Shown: in pieces, positions 46,364 to 55,665 of the stretch
Layout: every line of letters begins with the position of its first letter
Numbering within the stretch: the stretch's first letter is position 1
DNA from: Bacillota bacterium
GTDB taxonomy: Bacteria > Bacillota > Sulfobacillia > JAIMAT01
Direction: 5' to 3'
Assembly: GCA_029961055.1 (NCBI GenBank)
Contig: JASBVM010000012.1
Coordinates: 55,741-119,740, forward strand
DNA: 64,000 nt
Notes under the pieces: model-generated
What the model was told of the DNA's origin: nothing
Database searches by the model: none
Seen by the model: only the letters and a program-made list of their open reading frames with translations
Made by a program: the position numbers and the translations under genes

Positions 46364-46971
46364 GCCGGACGACGCAGGCGGAGCGGTACCAGGGGATCCT
46401 GCGCGCCGCGGCGCAGATCATCGCCCGGCGCGGCTACCACGGGGCGCGGATCAGCGACATCGCCCGGGAGGCGGGCGTCGCCGACGGGACCGTCTACCTC
46501 TACTTCGCCAACAAGGAAGACGTGCTGATCGCGGTCTTCCGCGAGGGGATCGGCGGTTACCTCCGCCACCTGGACGAGCAGCTGGCGGGCGCCCCCGACG
46601 CCCGCGAGGAGCTTCGCCGCCTGGTCGTCTCGCACCTGGGCTACCTGGGGAGCCACCGCGAGTTCGCCCAGGTGACCCAGATCGAGCTCCGCCAGTCCGA
46701 CGGCAAGATCCGCCGGGCCATCGACGCCATCATGGATCCGTACTTCCGTCGCATCGACCGGATCGTCGAGCGCGGGCGGCAGGAGGGGCTCTTCCTCCCC
46801 GACGTGGACCGCCGCGTCGCCCGGCGCATGATCTTCGGCACCCTCGACCAGTGCGTCACCTCCTGGGTGATGTCGCGCCACCCCTACGAGCTGGCCTCCA
46901 TCGCGCCCGAGGTGACGCGGCTCCTCCTGGGCGGGCTGGAGGGGCGGGCCGATCAAGCCTCAACGCCGTGA
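46360..46971 (+). CDS. fadR: TetR-family regulator, FadR (YsiA) ortholog
   Basis: RYQGILRAAAQIIARRGYHGARISDIAREAGVADGTVYLYFANKEDVL TetR HTH; position matches B. subtilis lcfA-fadR; GTGA overlap with fadD. Confidence 0.8.
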   Translation: MSRTTQAERYQGILRAAAQIIARRGYHGARISDIAREAGVADGTVYLYFANKEDVLIAVFREGIGGYLRHLDEQLAGAPDAREELRRLVVSHLGYLGSHREFAQVTQIELRQSDGKIRRAIDAIMDPYFRRIDRIVERGRQEGLFLPDVDRRVARRMIFGTLDQCVTSWVMSRHPYELASIAPEVTRLLLGGLEGRADQASTP

Positions 46972-46988
46972 AGGGAGTGAAGACGCCG

Positions 46989-49406
46989 ATGAGACCTTTG
47001 AAGCGGGCGGTGGTGCTGGGCGCGGGCGTGATGGGCGCCCAGATCGCCGCGCACCTGGCCAACGCCGGTGTGGAGGTCGACCTCCTGGACATCGTGCCCT
47101 CGCAGCTGACGCCCCAGGAAGAGGCGGCAGGCCTGACCCTGGGGGACCGCCGCGTCCGCGACCGCCTCGCCCTGGCGGGGCTGGAGCGGCTCCGCACCCT
47201 GAAGCCCTCCCCCGTCTTCCACGCCGCCAGCCTCGCGCGGATCCACCCGGGCAACGTGGAGGACGACCTCGAGCGCGTCCGCTCGGCCGACTGGGTGATC
47301 GAGGCCATCGTCGAGCAGCTGGAGCCCAAGCGGCAGCTCTGGGGGCGGGTCGAGCCGCTGGCCGCGGAGGACGCCGTCCTCTCCAGCAACACCTCCGGCC
47401 TCTCCCTGGCCGCCATCGCCGAAGGAAGGGGCGACGGCTTCCGCCGCCGCTTCCTGGGTACCCACTTCTTCAACCCGCCCCGCTACATGAGACTCCTCGA
47501 GCTGATCCCCACCGCGGAGACCGACCCCGCCGTGGTGGAGACGGTCCGGGCCTGGGGAGAGCGCCTCCTCGGCAAGGGGATCGTCCTCGCCCGCGACACG
47601 CCCAACTTCATCGGCAACCGCATCGGCGTCTACGCGCTCCAGGTGACGCTCCAGGCCATGGAGGAGTTCGGGCTCAACCCGGAGACGGTGGACGCGCTGA
47701 CCGGTCCCCTCATCGGCCACCCCAAGTCGGCCACCTTCCGCACGCTGGACGTGGTCGGCCTGGACACCATGGTCCTGGTCGCCGACAACATCCGCGAGAA
47801 GCTGGAGGATCCCGCCGAGCGGGCCGTCTTCGAGGTGCCGGGCTACGTCCGCGAAATGCTCCGCCGCGGCTGGCTGGGCCAGAAGAGCGGCCAGGGCTTC
47901 TACAAGCGGGTGGTGGAGGACGGTCGCCGCACCTACCTGGTCCTCGACCTGCAGCGGCTGGAGTACCGGCCCCAGGAGGTGGCGCGCTACCCCTCCCTGG
48001 AGGCGGCGCGCCGCCAGACCGACCTGGGCGAACGGCTGCGCACCCTGGTCTACGCCGACGACCCGGCGGGCCGCTTCACCTGGACGGTGACCAAGCGGAT
48101 CCTTCTCTACGCCGCGGCCAAGGCGGAGGAGATCGCCGGCGGCGACCTGGAGGCCGTCGACCGCGCCCTCCGCTGGGGCTTCAACTGGGAGGCCGGCCCC
48201 TTCGAGGTCTGGGCGGAACTGGGGCTGGCCCGCTCGGTGGCGCGGATGCGCGAGGAGGGCGAGGAGGTCCCGGAGTGGGTGCTGGCGGCCGTGGCACGGG
48301 GCGAGGAGCGGCTCTACACCCCCTCCCCCACCGCCAGCGAGCGCTACCCGGTGGCGCCGGTGGTCTGGCTGGAACGGCAAGGCAAGACGGTCTGGTCCAG
48401 CCCCGGCGCCACCCTGGTCGACCTGGGCGAGGAGGTGGCGGCGCTCGAGTTCCACGCGCCCAAGGACGCCATCGGCCCCGACCTGATCGAGGCGCTCCAC
48501 CGGGCCGCGCGCGAGGTGGAGCGGAACTGGCGCGGCCTGGTCCTGGTCAACGAGCGGAGCGAGAACTTCTGCGTCGGCGCCAACCTGGCCCTCATCCTGA
48601 TGGCGGCCGAGAACGGCGACTGGGCGGACATCGAACAGATGGTGGACGCCTTCCAGCAGGCGAACATGGAGCTCAAATACCTCCATCGCCCCGTGGTGGC
48701 GGCGCCCTGGGGCATGGCGCTGGGCGGCGGCGCCGAGATCTGCCTCCACGCCGACAGGGTCCAGGCCGGGGCCGAGCTCTACATCGGGCAGGTGGAGGCC
48801 GGCGCCGGCGTCATCCCCGCCGGCGGCGGCACCAAGGAGCTCCTCCTGCGGGCGCTGGCCCGCATCCCCGCGGGGGCCAGCTGGGGCCCCATCGCCGGCG
48901 GGCCGACGGCGGGCACCGGTGCCCTCGCCGTCTTCGACCCGGCGCCCTTCGTCACCCAGGCCTTCGAGACCATCGCCACGGCCAAGGTCTCCACCAGCGC
49001 GGCGGAGGCGCGGGAGCTGGGCTTCCTGCGCGACTGCGATGCCGTCAGCATGGGTCGCGACGCCCTCCTCTCCGACGCCCGCGATCAGGTCCTCCTCCTG
49101 GACCGGCTGGGCTACCGCCCGCCGGAGCGGAGGCCGGTGCCGGTGCCGGGCCGGGAGGTGCGGGCGGTCCTGGACGTGGCCGTCGACTACCTCCTCCGCT
49201 CGCGGCAGGCGAGCGAGCACGACGCCCGCATCGCCAGGGCGCTGGCGCGGGTGATCACCGGCGGCGACCTGCCGCAGGGCACCCCGGTGGACGAGCAGCA
49301 CCTGCTGGATCTGGAGCGCGAGGCCTTCCTCAGCCTGGTGGGCGAGGCGAAGACGCGCGAGCGGATGCAGCACCTGCTGGAGACAGGCAGGCCGCTGCGC
49401 AACTAG
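46989..49406 (+). CDS. fadN: Multifunctional 3-hydroxyacyl-CoA dehydrogenase / enoyl-CoA hydratase (FadN/FadB-type)
   Basis: N-terminal VVLGAGVMGAQIA 3HCDH Rossmann; C-terminal crotonase fold (GGG.E); 805 aa; AAGGGAG RBS. Confidence 0.9.
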   Translation: MRPLKRAVVLGAGVMGAQIAAHLANAGVEVDLLDIVPSQLTPQEEAAGLTLGDRRVRDRLALAGLERLRTLKPSPVFHAASLARIHPGNVEDDLERVRSADWVIEAIVEQLEPKRQLWGRVEPLAAEDAVLSSNTSGLSLAAIAEGRGDGFRRRFLGTHFFNPPRYMRLLELIPTAETDPAVVETVRAWGERLLGKGIVLARDTPNFIGNRIGVYALQVTLQAMEEFGLNPETVDALTGPLIGHPKSATFRTLDVVGLDTMVLVADNIREKLEDPAERAVFEVPGYVREMLRRGWLGQKSGQGFYKRVVEDGRRTYLVLDLQRLEYRPQEVARYPSLEAARRQTDLGERLRTLVYADDPAGRFTWTVTKRILLYAAAKAEEIAGGDLEAVDRALRWGFNWEAGPFEVWAELGLARSVARMREEGEEVPEWVLAAVARGEERLYTPSPTASERYPVAPVVWLERQGKTVWSSPGATLVDLGEEVAALEFHAPKDAIGPDLIEALHRAAREVERNWRGLVLVNERSENFCVGANLALILMAAENGDWADIEQMVDAFQQANMELKYLHRPVVAAPWGMALGGGAEICLHADRVQAGAELYIGQVEAGAGVIPAGGGTKELLLRALARIPAGASWGPIAGGPTAGTGALAVFDPAPFVTQAFETIATAKVSTSAAEARELGFLRDCDAVSMGRDALLSDARDQVLLLDRLGYRPPERRPVPVPGREVRAVLDVAVDYLLRSRQASEHDARIARALARVITGGDLPQGTPVDEQHLLDLEREAFLSLVGEAKTRERMQHLLETGRPLRN

Positions 49407-49451
49407 GCGGTCCGCTCCGGCGGCAGCGGTCGTGTAAAGGAGGCAGAGAGC

Positions 49452-50633
49452 ATGCGCGACGCAGTGATCGTCACGGCCATCCGGACCCCGGTGGGGAAGG
49501 CGCCCAAGGGGAGCCTGCGCACCGTCCGCCCCGACGAGTTGGCGGCGCTGGTGGTCCGGGCGGCGCTGGAAAGGACGCCGGGCCTGGAGCCCGGCCAGGT
49601 GGACGACGTCATCCTGGGCTGCGCCTTCCCCGAGGCCGACCAGGGCTTCAACGTCGGCCGCATCGCGGCCCTGGCCGCGGGCCTGCCCACCTCGGTGCCC
49701 GGCATGACCGTCAACCGATACTGCTCCTCCGGGCTCCAGTCCATCGCCCTGGCGGCCAGCCAGGTGATGACCGGCATGGCGGAGGTGATCATCGCCGGCG
49801 GGGTCGAGTCGATGAGCCGGGTGCCCATGATGGGCTACCGCGCCAGCCCCCACCCCGACTGGGCGCTCGACCACCCGGAGTGGTACATGGCCATGGGTCA
49901 TACCGCCGAGGAAGTGGCCCGTCGCTACCGGATCACCCGCGAGGATCAGGACGCCTTCGCGCTGCGCAGCCACCAGCGGGCCGCGGCTGCCATCGACCAG
50001 GGGCTCTTCCGCGAGGAGATCGTCCCTGTGGAGGTGCGGCAGCGGGGGCTCGGGCCCGACGGACGCGAGCAGGAGAGCGTCCGCCTCTTCGAGGTGGACG
50101 AGGGCGTCCGGCGCGACACCTCGATGGAGGCGCTGTCCCGTCTGAAGCCGGCCTTCCAGGTGGACGGCACCGTCACCGCGGGCAACTCCTCGCAGACCTC
50201 GGACGGCGCGGCGGCGGCGGTCGTCATGTCGGACAGCCTGGCCGCCCGGCTCGGATTGAAGCCGCTGGCGGTCTTCCGGGGCTTCGCCGCGGCCGGCGTC
50301 GATCCCGAGGTGATGGGCATCGGCCCGGTGGAGGCGGTGCCGAAGGCGCTGAAGGTGGCCGGGCTGAGCCTGGGCCAGATCGACCTGGTCGAGCTGAACG
50401 AGGCCTTCGCCGCCCAGTCGCTGGCCGTGATCCGCCAGCTGGAACTGGACCCGGAGCGGGTCAACGTCCAGGGTGGCGCCATCGCGCTCGGCCACCCGCT
50501 GGGCTGCACCGGCGCCAAGCTGACGGCCACCCTGCTCCATGCCATGCCGCGGCACGGTGCCCGCTATGGCGTGGTCACCATGTGCATCGGCGGCGGCATG
50601 GGCGCCGCAGGCGTCTTCGAGCGGGTGGCCTGA
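49452..50633 (+). CDS. fadA: Acetyl-CoA C-acyltransferase (thiolase)
   Basis: [11 protein letters not shown] (active Cys), ...GNSS..., ...HPLGCTGA.., CIGGGMG thiolase signatures. Confidence 0.9.
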   Translation: MRDAVIVTAIRTPVGKAPKGSLRTVRPDELAALVVRAALERTPGLEPGQVDDVILGCAFPEADQGFNVGRIAALAAGLPTSVPGMTVNRYCSSGLQSIALAASQVMTGMAEVIIAGGVESMSRVPMMGYRASPHPDWALDHPEWYMAMGHTAEEVARRYRITREDQDAFALRSHQRAAAAIDQGLFREEIVPVEVRQRGLGPDGREQESVRLFEVDEGVRRDTSMEALSRLKPAFQVDGTVTAGNSSQTSDGAAAAVVMSDSLAARLGLKPLAVFRGFAAAGVDPEVMGIGPVEAVPKALKVAGLSLGQIDLVELNEAFAAQSLAVIRQLELDPERVNVQGGAIALGHPLGCTGAKLTATLLHAMPRHGARYGVVTMCIGGGMGAAGVFERVA

Positions 50634-50666
50634 GCCGGGCGAGTCGAGAGAGGGAGGGAAGCCGAC

Positions 50667-52442
50667 TTGTCAGCAGAGACGGAGCGTACCGACCGGCAGG
50701 TGATCGCCGCCGGGGGCGGCTGGCTCCTGGGCCCGGTCCAACCGGAGGAGGTGCGGGTTCCGGAGGAGCTGAGCCCGGAGCAGCAGGCGCTGGCGGAGGC
50801 CGCCGGCGAGTTCGTGGAGCGCCAGGTCCTTCCCCACATGGGGGCGCTGGAGGAGCACGATCAGGAGCTCCTGGTGGAGCTGATGCACCAGGCCGGCGAG
50901 CAGGGCCTCCTCGGCTTGGAGATCCCCGAGGAGTACGGCGGGCTCGGACTGGACCGGACCGGCGCCACGCGGGTGACCGAGGCGGTGGCGCCGAGCGGCG
51001 GCTTTGCGGTGACGCACGGGGCGCACGTGGGGATCGGTTCGCTGCCCCTCGTCTTCTTCGGGAGCGAGGAGCAGAAGCGGCGCTATTTGCCCAGGCTGGC
51101 CAGCGGCGAGTGGATCGCGGCCTACGCGCTGACGGAGCCGGGATACGGCTCGGACGCGCTGCACGCGCGCACGACGGCGCGGCTCTCCGAGGACGGCACG
51201 AGCTACATCCTGAACGGCGAGAAGCAGTGGATCACCAACGCCGGCATCGCCGATCTCTTCACCGTCTTCGCGCAGCTGGAAGGGGCCGGGTTCACCGCCT
51301 TCCTGGTGGAGAGGGGCTTCCCCGGGGTCTCTACGGGCCCCGAGTACGAGAAGATGGGCCTGCGCAGCTCCTCGACGCGTCCGCTCATCCTTCAGGAGGC
51401 GCGCGTCCCGGTGGAGAACCTGCTGGGCGAGCCGGGCAAGGGGCACCGGGTGGCGCTGGGCATCCTCGACATCGGCCGGCTCAACCTGGGCGCGGGGGCG
51501 CTGGGCTCCTCCAAGCGGCTCGTCGACATCGCCGCCCGCTACGCCCTGGAGCGGGAGCAATTCGGCCGCCCCATCGCCGAGTTCGGCCTGATCCGCGAGA
51601 AGCTGGCGGAGATGGAGGCGCGCACCTGGGCGCTGGAGGCGATGGTCTACCGGACGTCGGGGCTGATCGACGCGGAGCTCCGGCGGAGCGATGCCACCGA
51701 CCCGGCCAAGGCGACCGCCGAGTACGCGCTCGAGTGTGCCGCCGTCAAGGTGTACGGCTCCGAGGTGCTGGACTACGTGGTGGACGAGGCGGTCCAGATC
51801 CACGGCGGCTACGGGTACATGCGCGAGTACGAGGTGGAGCGGGCCTACCGGGACGCGCGCATCAACCGGATCTTCGAGGGGACCAACGAGATCAACCGCC
51901 TGACCATCCCGGACACGCTCCTCCGCCGGGCGCTCAAGGGCCGGCTGCCGCTGATGCAGGTGCTCCAGGCGCTCCAGCAGGAGCTGCCCCGCCTGCGCAG
52001 GCCGGCCTTCTTCGACCAGCCGCTGGAAGAGGAGAGCTGGCGCGTGGAGGCGTTGAAGAAGGCGTCGCTGATGGTGGGCGGGCTGGCCGTGGAGCGGTAC
52101 GGCCAGGCGCTGGAGGAGGAAGAGGAGCTGCTCGGCTCGTTCGCCGACATGCTGATCGAGACCTACGCGGCCGAGTCGGCGCTGCTCCGGGCCCGGAAGC
52201 GGCGCGCCTCCGGCGGCGCGGACGCGCTCGCCGAGGCGATCGCCCGCCTGACCGTCGACCGCGCCGCCCGGAGGGTCCGCGATCTGGCCGGCCGCGCGCT
52301 GGCCGCCCTCTACCAGGGCGACGAACTCCGCCTCCGCCTCGCGCTGGTCGACCGGCTGGCCGGCCGCGAACCCATCGACGAGATCGGGCTCCGCCGGCAG
52401 GTCGCCCAGAGGGTCCTGGAAGCGCGCGGCTACGTGGCCTAG
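50667..52442 (+). CDS. fadE: Acyl-CoA dehydrogenase (long form, FadE/YusJ-like)
   Basis: YALTEPGYGSDA, ...QIHGGYGY... ACAD motifs with about 180-aa C-terminal extension; TTG start after GGGAGGGAAG. Confidence 0.9.
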   Translation: MSAETERTDRQVIAAGGGWLLGPVQPEEVRVPEELSPEQQALAEAAGEFVERQVLPHMGALEEHDQELLVELMHQAGEQGLLGLEIPEEYGGLGLDRTGATRVTEAVAPSGGFAVTHGAHVGIGSLPLVFFGSEEQKRRYLPRLASGEWIAAYALTEPGYGSDALHARTTARLSEDGTSYILNGEKQWITNAGIADLFTVFAQLEGAGFTAFLVERGFPGVSTGPEYEKMGLRSSSTRPLILQEARVPVENLLGEPGKGHRVALGILDIGRLNLGAGALGSSKRLVDIAARYALEREQFGRPIAEFGLIREKLAEMEARTWALEAMVYRTSGLIDAELRRSDATDPAKATAEYALECAAVKVYGSEVLDYVVDEAVQIHGGYGYMREYEVERAYRDARINRIFEGTNEINRLTIPDTLLRRALKGRLPLMQVLQALQQELPRLRRPAFFDQPLEEESWRVEALKKASLMVGGLAVERYGQALEEEEELLGSFADMLIETYAAESALLRARKRRASGGADALAEAIARLTVDRAARRVRDLAGRALAALYQGDELRLRLALVDRLAGREPIDEIGLRRQVAQRVLEARGYVA

Positions 52443-52454
52443 CCGGCGCCGGCG

Positions 52455-52486
52455 GGGAGGCCCGGGGCGACCGCCCCGGGCCTCCC
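52455..52486. terminator. Bidirectional terminator hairpin GGGAGGCCCGGGG-cgaccg-CCCCGGGCCTCCC between fadE and the YHS gene
   Basis: Perfect 13-bp stem in the 78-nt convergent intergenic region. Confidence 0.45.
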
Positions 52487-52520
52487 GTCGCGACAGGGCT
52501 CCCGAGCGGCGCCGGGCCGC

Positions 52521-52721
52521 TCAGCGGCCGTGGCGGGCGTGCGGGTCGGGCCGCGGCCCCTCCCCCGTATAGGCGGAGGGATCCTGCTCGAAGGCCCGCC
52601 GGCAGGCGGGGGAGCAGAAGTAGATGCGCCGCCCCTGGAAGTCGATCACCTCCGCACCCATCTCGAGCGCGCTCTCTTCCTCGAACTCCATGCCGCAGAC
52701 CGGGTCGCGCACCGTGGCCAT
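52521..52721 (-). CDS. YHS/TRASH-domain metal-binding protein
   Basis: DPVCGMEF....YYFCS..C pattern (PVCGMEFEEE...RIYFCSPACRRAF); GGGAGGTGA RBS; 66 aa. Confidence 0.7.
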   Translation of the reverse strand: MATVRDPVCGMEFEEESALEMGAEVIDFQGRRIYFCSPACRRAFEQDPSAYTGEGPRPDPHARHGR

Positions 52722-52761
52722 GGCGAGGTCACCTCCCGTCCGGTCGCGCCTGCCGCCGCCC

Positions 52762-53193
52762 TTACTGGACAATGAGGACGGCGCGCTTGGCGCGGTGGAC
52801 CACCTTGGCGGAGACGCTGCCGGCGAGCATCTCCTGGATCGGGCCGAGGCCGCGCCGGCCCATCACGATCAGGTCGTACCCCCCGTCCTGGGCGGTGCGG
52901 CAGATCTCGGTGGCCGGGTCGCCCACCGCGGTCAGCGGCAGGTAGTCGATGCCCCGCTCCCGGAGAGGGCCGGCGTGGGCCTCCAGCAGCTCCTCCGCGT
53001 GCCGCTCCTGGAGCATGGCGGGGTCGAGGCCGTTGGCCCGCAGCTCGTCCACCACGAAGAGCGGGACGGGTTCCGTCACCGTGAGCATGGCCACCTGCGC
53101 CCCGGGCAGGGCCGCCGCCAGCTCCGCCGCCGCCGCCACAGCCCGGTCCGCGCCCTCCGATCCGTCCACCGCCACGAGGATTTTCCGGAACAT
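52762..53193 (-). CDS. Universal stress protein (UspA family)
   Basis: MFRKILVAVDGSE ... DLIVMGRRGLGPIQEMLAGSVSAKVVHRAKRAVLIV. Confidence 0.8.
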   Translation of the reverse strand: MFRKILVAVDGSEGADRAVAAAAELAAALPGAQVAMLTVTEPVPLFVVDELRANGLDPAMLQERHAEELLEAHAGPLRERGIDYLPLTAVGDPATEICRTAQDGGYDLIVMGRRGLGPIQEMLAGSVSAKVVHRAKRAVLIVQ

Positions 53194-53350
53194 GCTCGCC
53201 ACCTCCGCAACCGGCCGCCCCGGGGGCGGCAGCTCGCTTCCGGTGGGAGAGGTTCGCCACCGGCGGCCGGAGCCCTTGGGCGGCCGGGATGGTCGGGACC
53301 GTCCACCGCCGCGGCTCGTCCCCTATACTCCAGGGGAGGAGGCGTTCGGC

Positions 53351-53938
53351 ATGCCCGGCTTGACGGAGGCCCGGAAGGAGCCCGCGGAGGAGTCCACCGG
53401 CGCTCCCCGCGTCGAGGAGGGGCGGCTGCGGTGGGTCGAGGTGGCCACCGGCTGGGGGCGCTTCGCCCTGGGCTGGACGCGCCGGGGAATCGCCTGGCTG
53501 GGCCTCCCCGGTCGTGCCGGAGGGGAGGCGGAGCTTCCGCCTGGGGACTGGCTGCGGCGCCTCTTCCGCCCGGGCGAGGCGGAGGGCGCCGGAACGACGC
53601 TGGCCGAGGCGGCGGCGGCCCAGCTCCAGGAGTACTTCTCCGGCAGGCGACAGCGTTTCGACCTGCCCCTGGACCTGCGCGGCACGCCCTTTCAGCTCCA
53701 GGTCTGGCAGGAGCTCCTCCGCCTCCCCTTCGGTGAGACGGTCACCTACGCCCAGCTGGCGGCCCGCGTCGGCCGCCCCCGTGCCGCCCGGGCGGTGGGT
53801 GGGGCCATGGCGGCCAACCCGGTGCCTCTCCTCGTCCCCTGTCACCGCGTGGTGGCGGAAGCCGGCCTGGGAGGCTACGGCGGCGGACTGGAGCTGAAAC
53901 GGCGCCTGCTCCGGCTCGAGCGCGGCGAGGCGGTGTGA
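53351..53938 (+). CDS. ogt: Methylated-DNA--protein-cysteine methyltransferase
   Basis: FQLQVWQELLRLPFGETVTYAQLA ... VPCHRVV active-site motif; GGGGAGGAGG RBS. Confidence 0.85.
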   Translation: MPGLTEARKEPAEESTGAPRVEEGRLRWVEVATGWGRFALGWTRRGIAWLGLPGRAGGEAELPPGDWLRRLFRPGEAEGAGTTLAEAAAAQLQEYFSGRRQRFDLPLDLRGTPFQLQVWQELLRLPFGETVTYAQLAARVGRPRAARAVGGAMAANPVPLLVPCHRVVAEAGLGGYGGGLELKRRLLRLERGEAV

Positions 53939-55215
53939 GCGCCCCGAACGCGCTTCCCGGCCTGGCCCCGCTCCGCTGCCCGGCTTGCGGCGGGGAACCG
54001 CCGCCGGCCGCCTGGCGCTGCCCCCGCTGCGGCGGCCCGCTCGAGCTGGCGGCGGTCCCCGGTTCGCCGTGGGGGCCGGTCCGCCTGGAGCCGCCGCCCG
54101 GAGCCGGGGAGCGCTGGCCCTGGGAGCGGAGCATCTGGCGCTGGGAGCCGCTCCTCCCCGCCGTCCCCGCCGAGGCGCGGGTGACGCTGGGAGAGGGCGA
54201 GAGCCCGCTGGTTCCGCTGGCTCCGCTGGCTGCCGCGCCCGCCGCGCCGCCGGCCGGACCGGAGGAAGCGGGGATCTGGTTGAAGCTGGACTTCCTCCAG
54301 CCCACCGGTTCCTTCAAGGATCGGGGCGCCGCCTTCCTGGTCAGCTACCTGAGGGCGCAAGGGGCGCGCGAGGTGCGGGACGACTCCTCGGGCAACGCCG
54401 GCGTGGCGCTGGCCGCCTACGCGGCACGGGCCGGCCTCCGCTGTCACGTCTACGTGCCCGCGGAGAGCTCCGAGGGGAAGCTCGCGCAGCTCCGCCTCTT
54501 CGGCGCGGAGATCCACCGGCAACGGGGCGGGCGCGGCGCCGCCCGTCGCGCCGCCGAGTCCGGGGAGGCGCCCGGTCTCTACGCGAGCCACAACTGGCAC
54601 CCGGCCTTCCTGGCCGGCCTTCTCTCCCTCGGCTTCGAGCTGGCGGAGGAGGTGGCCTCGCTGGTGGAGCCGGGCGGACGTTGGCACGTGGTGGTGCCCG
54701 CCGGTCATGGAAGCCTGGTGCTGGCGCTGGGGCGGAGCTGGGAGGCGCTGGAGCGCCGCGCTGGCCCCGCGCTGGCAGAGGGCCGTCTGGCGGCACGGCC
54801 CGCCATCTGGGCGGTCCAGGCCGACGGTGACGCCCCCCTGGTCCGCGCGCTGGAGGCCGGTCTGGATGCCCCCAGCGAGGCGATCCTGGCGGCCCCGCGC
54901 GGGCCGACGGCGGCCGAGGGCATCGCCGGCGCCCGGCCGGTCCGCGGCGCCGAGATCCTCCGCCATCTCCGGCGGGGCGGCGGCGCCGTCACGGTGACCG
55001 ACGGGGAGCTGGCGCACGCGCTCCGCCGGCTCCTGGCCCGCGGCCTCCTGGTCGAGCCCACCGCGGCCGCCGCCCTGGCCGGCGTGCTCCGCCTCCGCCA
55101 CCAGGGGCGGATCCCGGAGGGCGAGCCGGTGGTCGCCGTGCTCACGGGCAGCGGGCTGAAGTCCGCGTCCGCGGTGGAGCGACTGGCCGGCCCGGCGGGC
55201 GGGGACGCCCCGTGA
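53935..55215 (+). CDS. Threonine synthase-family PLP enzyme with N-terminal Zn-ribbon
   Basis: CPACG...CPRCG ribbon; LQPTGSFKDRGA PLP-lysine motif; ...DSSGNAG...; GTGA overlap with ogt. Confidence 0.7.
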   Translation: MSAPNALPGLAPLRCPACGGEPPPAAWRCPRCGGPLELAAVPGSPWGPVRLEPPPGAGERWPWERSIWRWEPLLPAVPAEARVTLGEGESPLVPLAPLAAAPAAPPAGPEEAGIWLKLDFLQPTGSFKDRGAAFLVSYLRAQGAREVRDDSSGNAGVALAAYAARAGLRCHVYVPAESSEGKLAQLRLFGAEIHRQRGGRGAARRAAESGEAPGLYASHNWHPAFLAGLLSLGFELAEEVASLVEPGGRWHVVVPAGHGSLVLALGRSWEALERRAGPALAEGRLAARPAIWAVQADGDAPLVRALEAGLDAPSEAILAAPRGPTAAEGIAGARPVRGAEILRHLRRGGGAVTVTDGELAHALRRLLARGLLVEPTAAAALAGVLRLRHQGRIPEGEPVVAVLTGSGLKSASAVERLAGPAGGDAP

Positions 55216-55622
55216 TCTTCCGGCTTCTCTACCTCTACCTGCTGGCGGTCAACCTGTGGGCGTACGGGCGCCTGGCCCTGGAGGCGCAGCGCCGTCCCGG
55301 GGCGGGCATGGCGGGGCTGGCGGCCGCCCTGCTCCTGCGGGGGCGCCGCCTCCCCGCCGGCGAGCTCCGCCGTCTGGCCTGGCTGGGCGCGGCGCCGGGC
55401 GTCCTCCTGGCCGTCCGCCGCTTCCGCCCCCAGGAAGCCACCACCCGGCTGGTCCGCACCGCCCTCGCCGCGGCGGTGGTGGAGTACGGCGCCCTCCTCT
55501 TTCTCACCCATCCCTCGCTGGAGACGGTGCTGGTCGAGGCGCTGGGCATGCTGGCCACCGCCCTGGGCGGCGACCTGCAGGTGGCGTTCGGCTTCCTGCG
55601 GCAGCACCTCGGCCTGCCGTGA
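55212..55622 (+). CDS. Small membrane protein, DUF1294-like
   Basis: LLYLYLLAVNLWAYG...RRLPAGELRRLAWLGAAPG resembles DUF1294 (LLLYLL.VNL..F...DK......R.PE..LL.LAL.GG.PGA); GTG start overlaps the preceding stop. Confidence 0.4.
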   Translation: MIFRLLYLYLLAVNLWAYGRLALEAQRRPGAGMAGLAAALLLRGRRLPAGELRRLAWLGAAPGVLLAVRRFRPQEATTRLVRTALAAAVVEYGALLFLTHPSLETVLVEALGMLATALGGDLQVAFGFLRQHLGLP

Positions 55623-55665
55623 CCGGCAGCCGCGCGCCGGTGCGACCGGACCGGGCAGCGGTCCG

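Noticed and set aside
46953-50555. 1200-aa minus ORF and overlapping 1556-aa plus ORF 48275..52945
   Set aside because: Both run through the clearly recognisable fadN/fadA/fadE genes in the wrong frame or strand. The compositions are low-complexity. Extreme GC suppresses stop codons.
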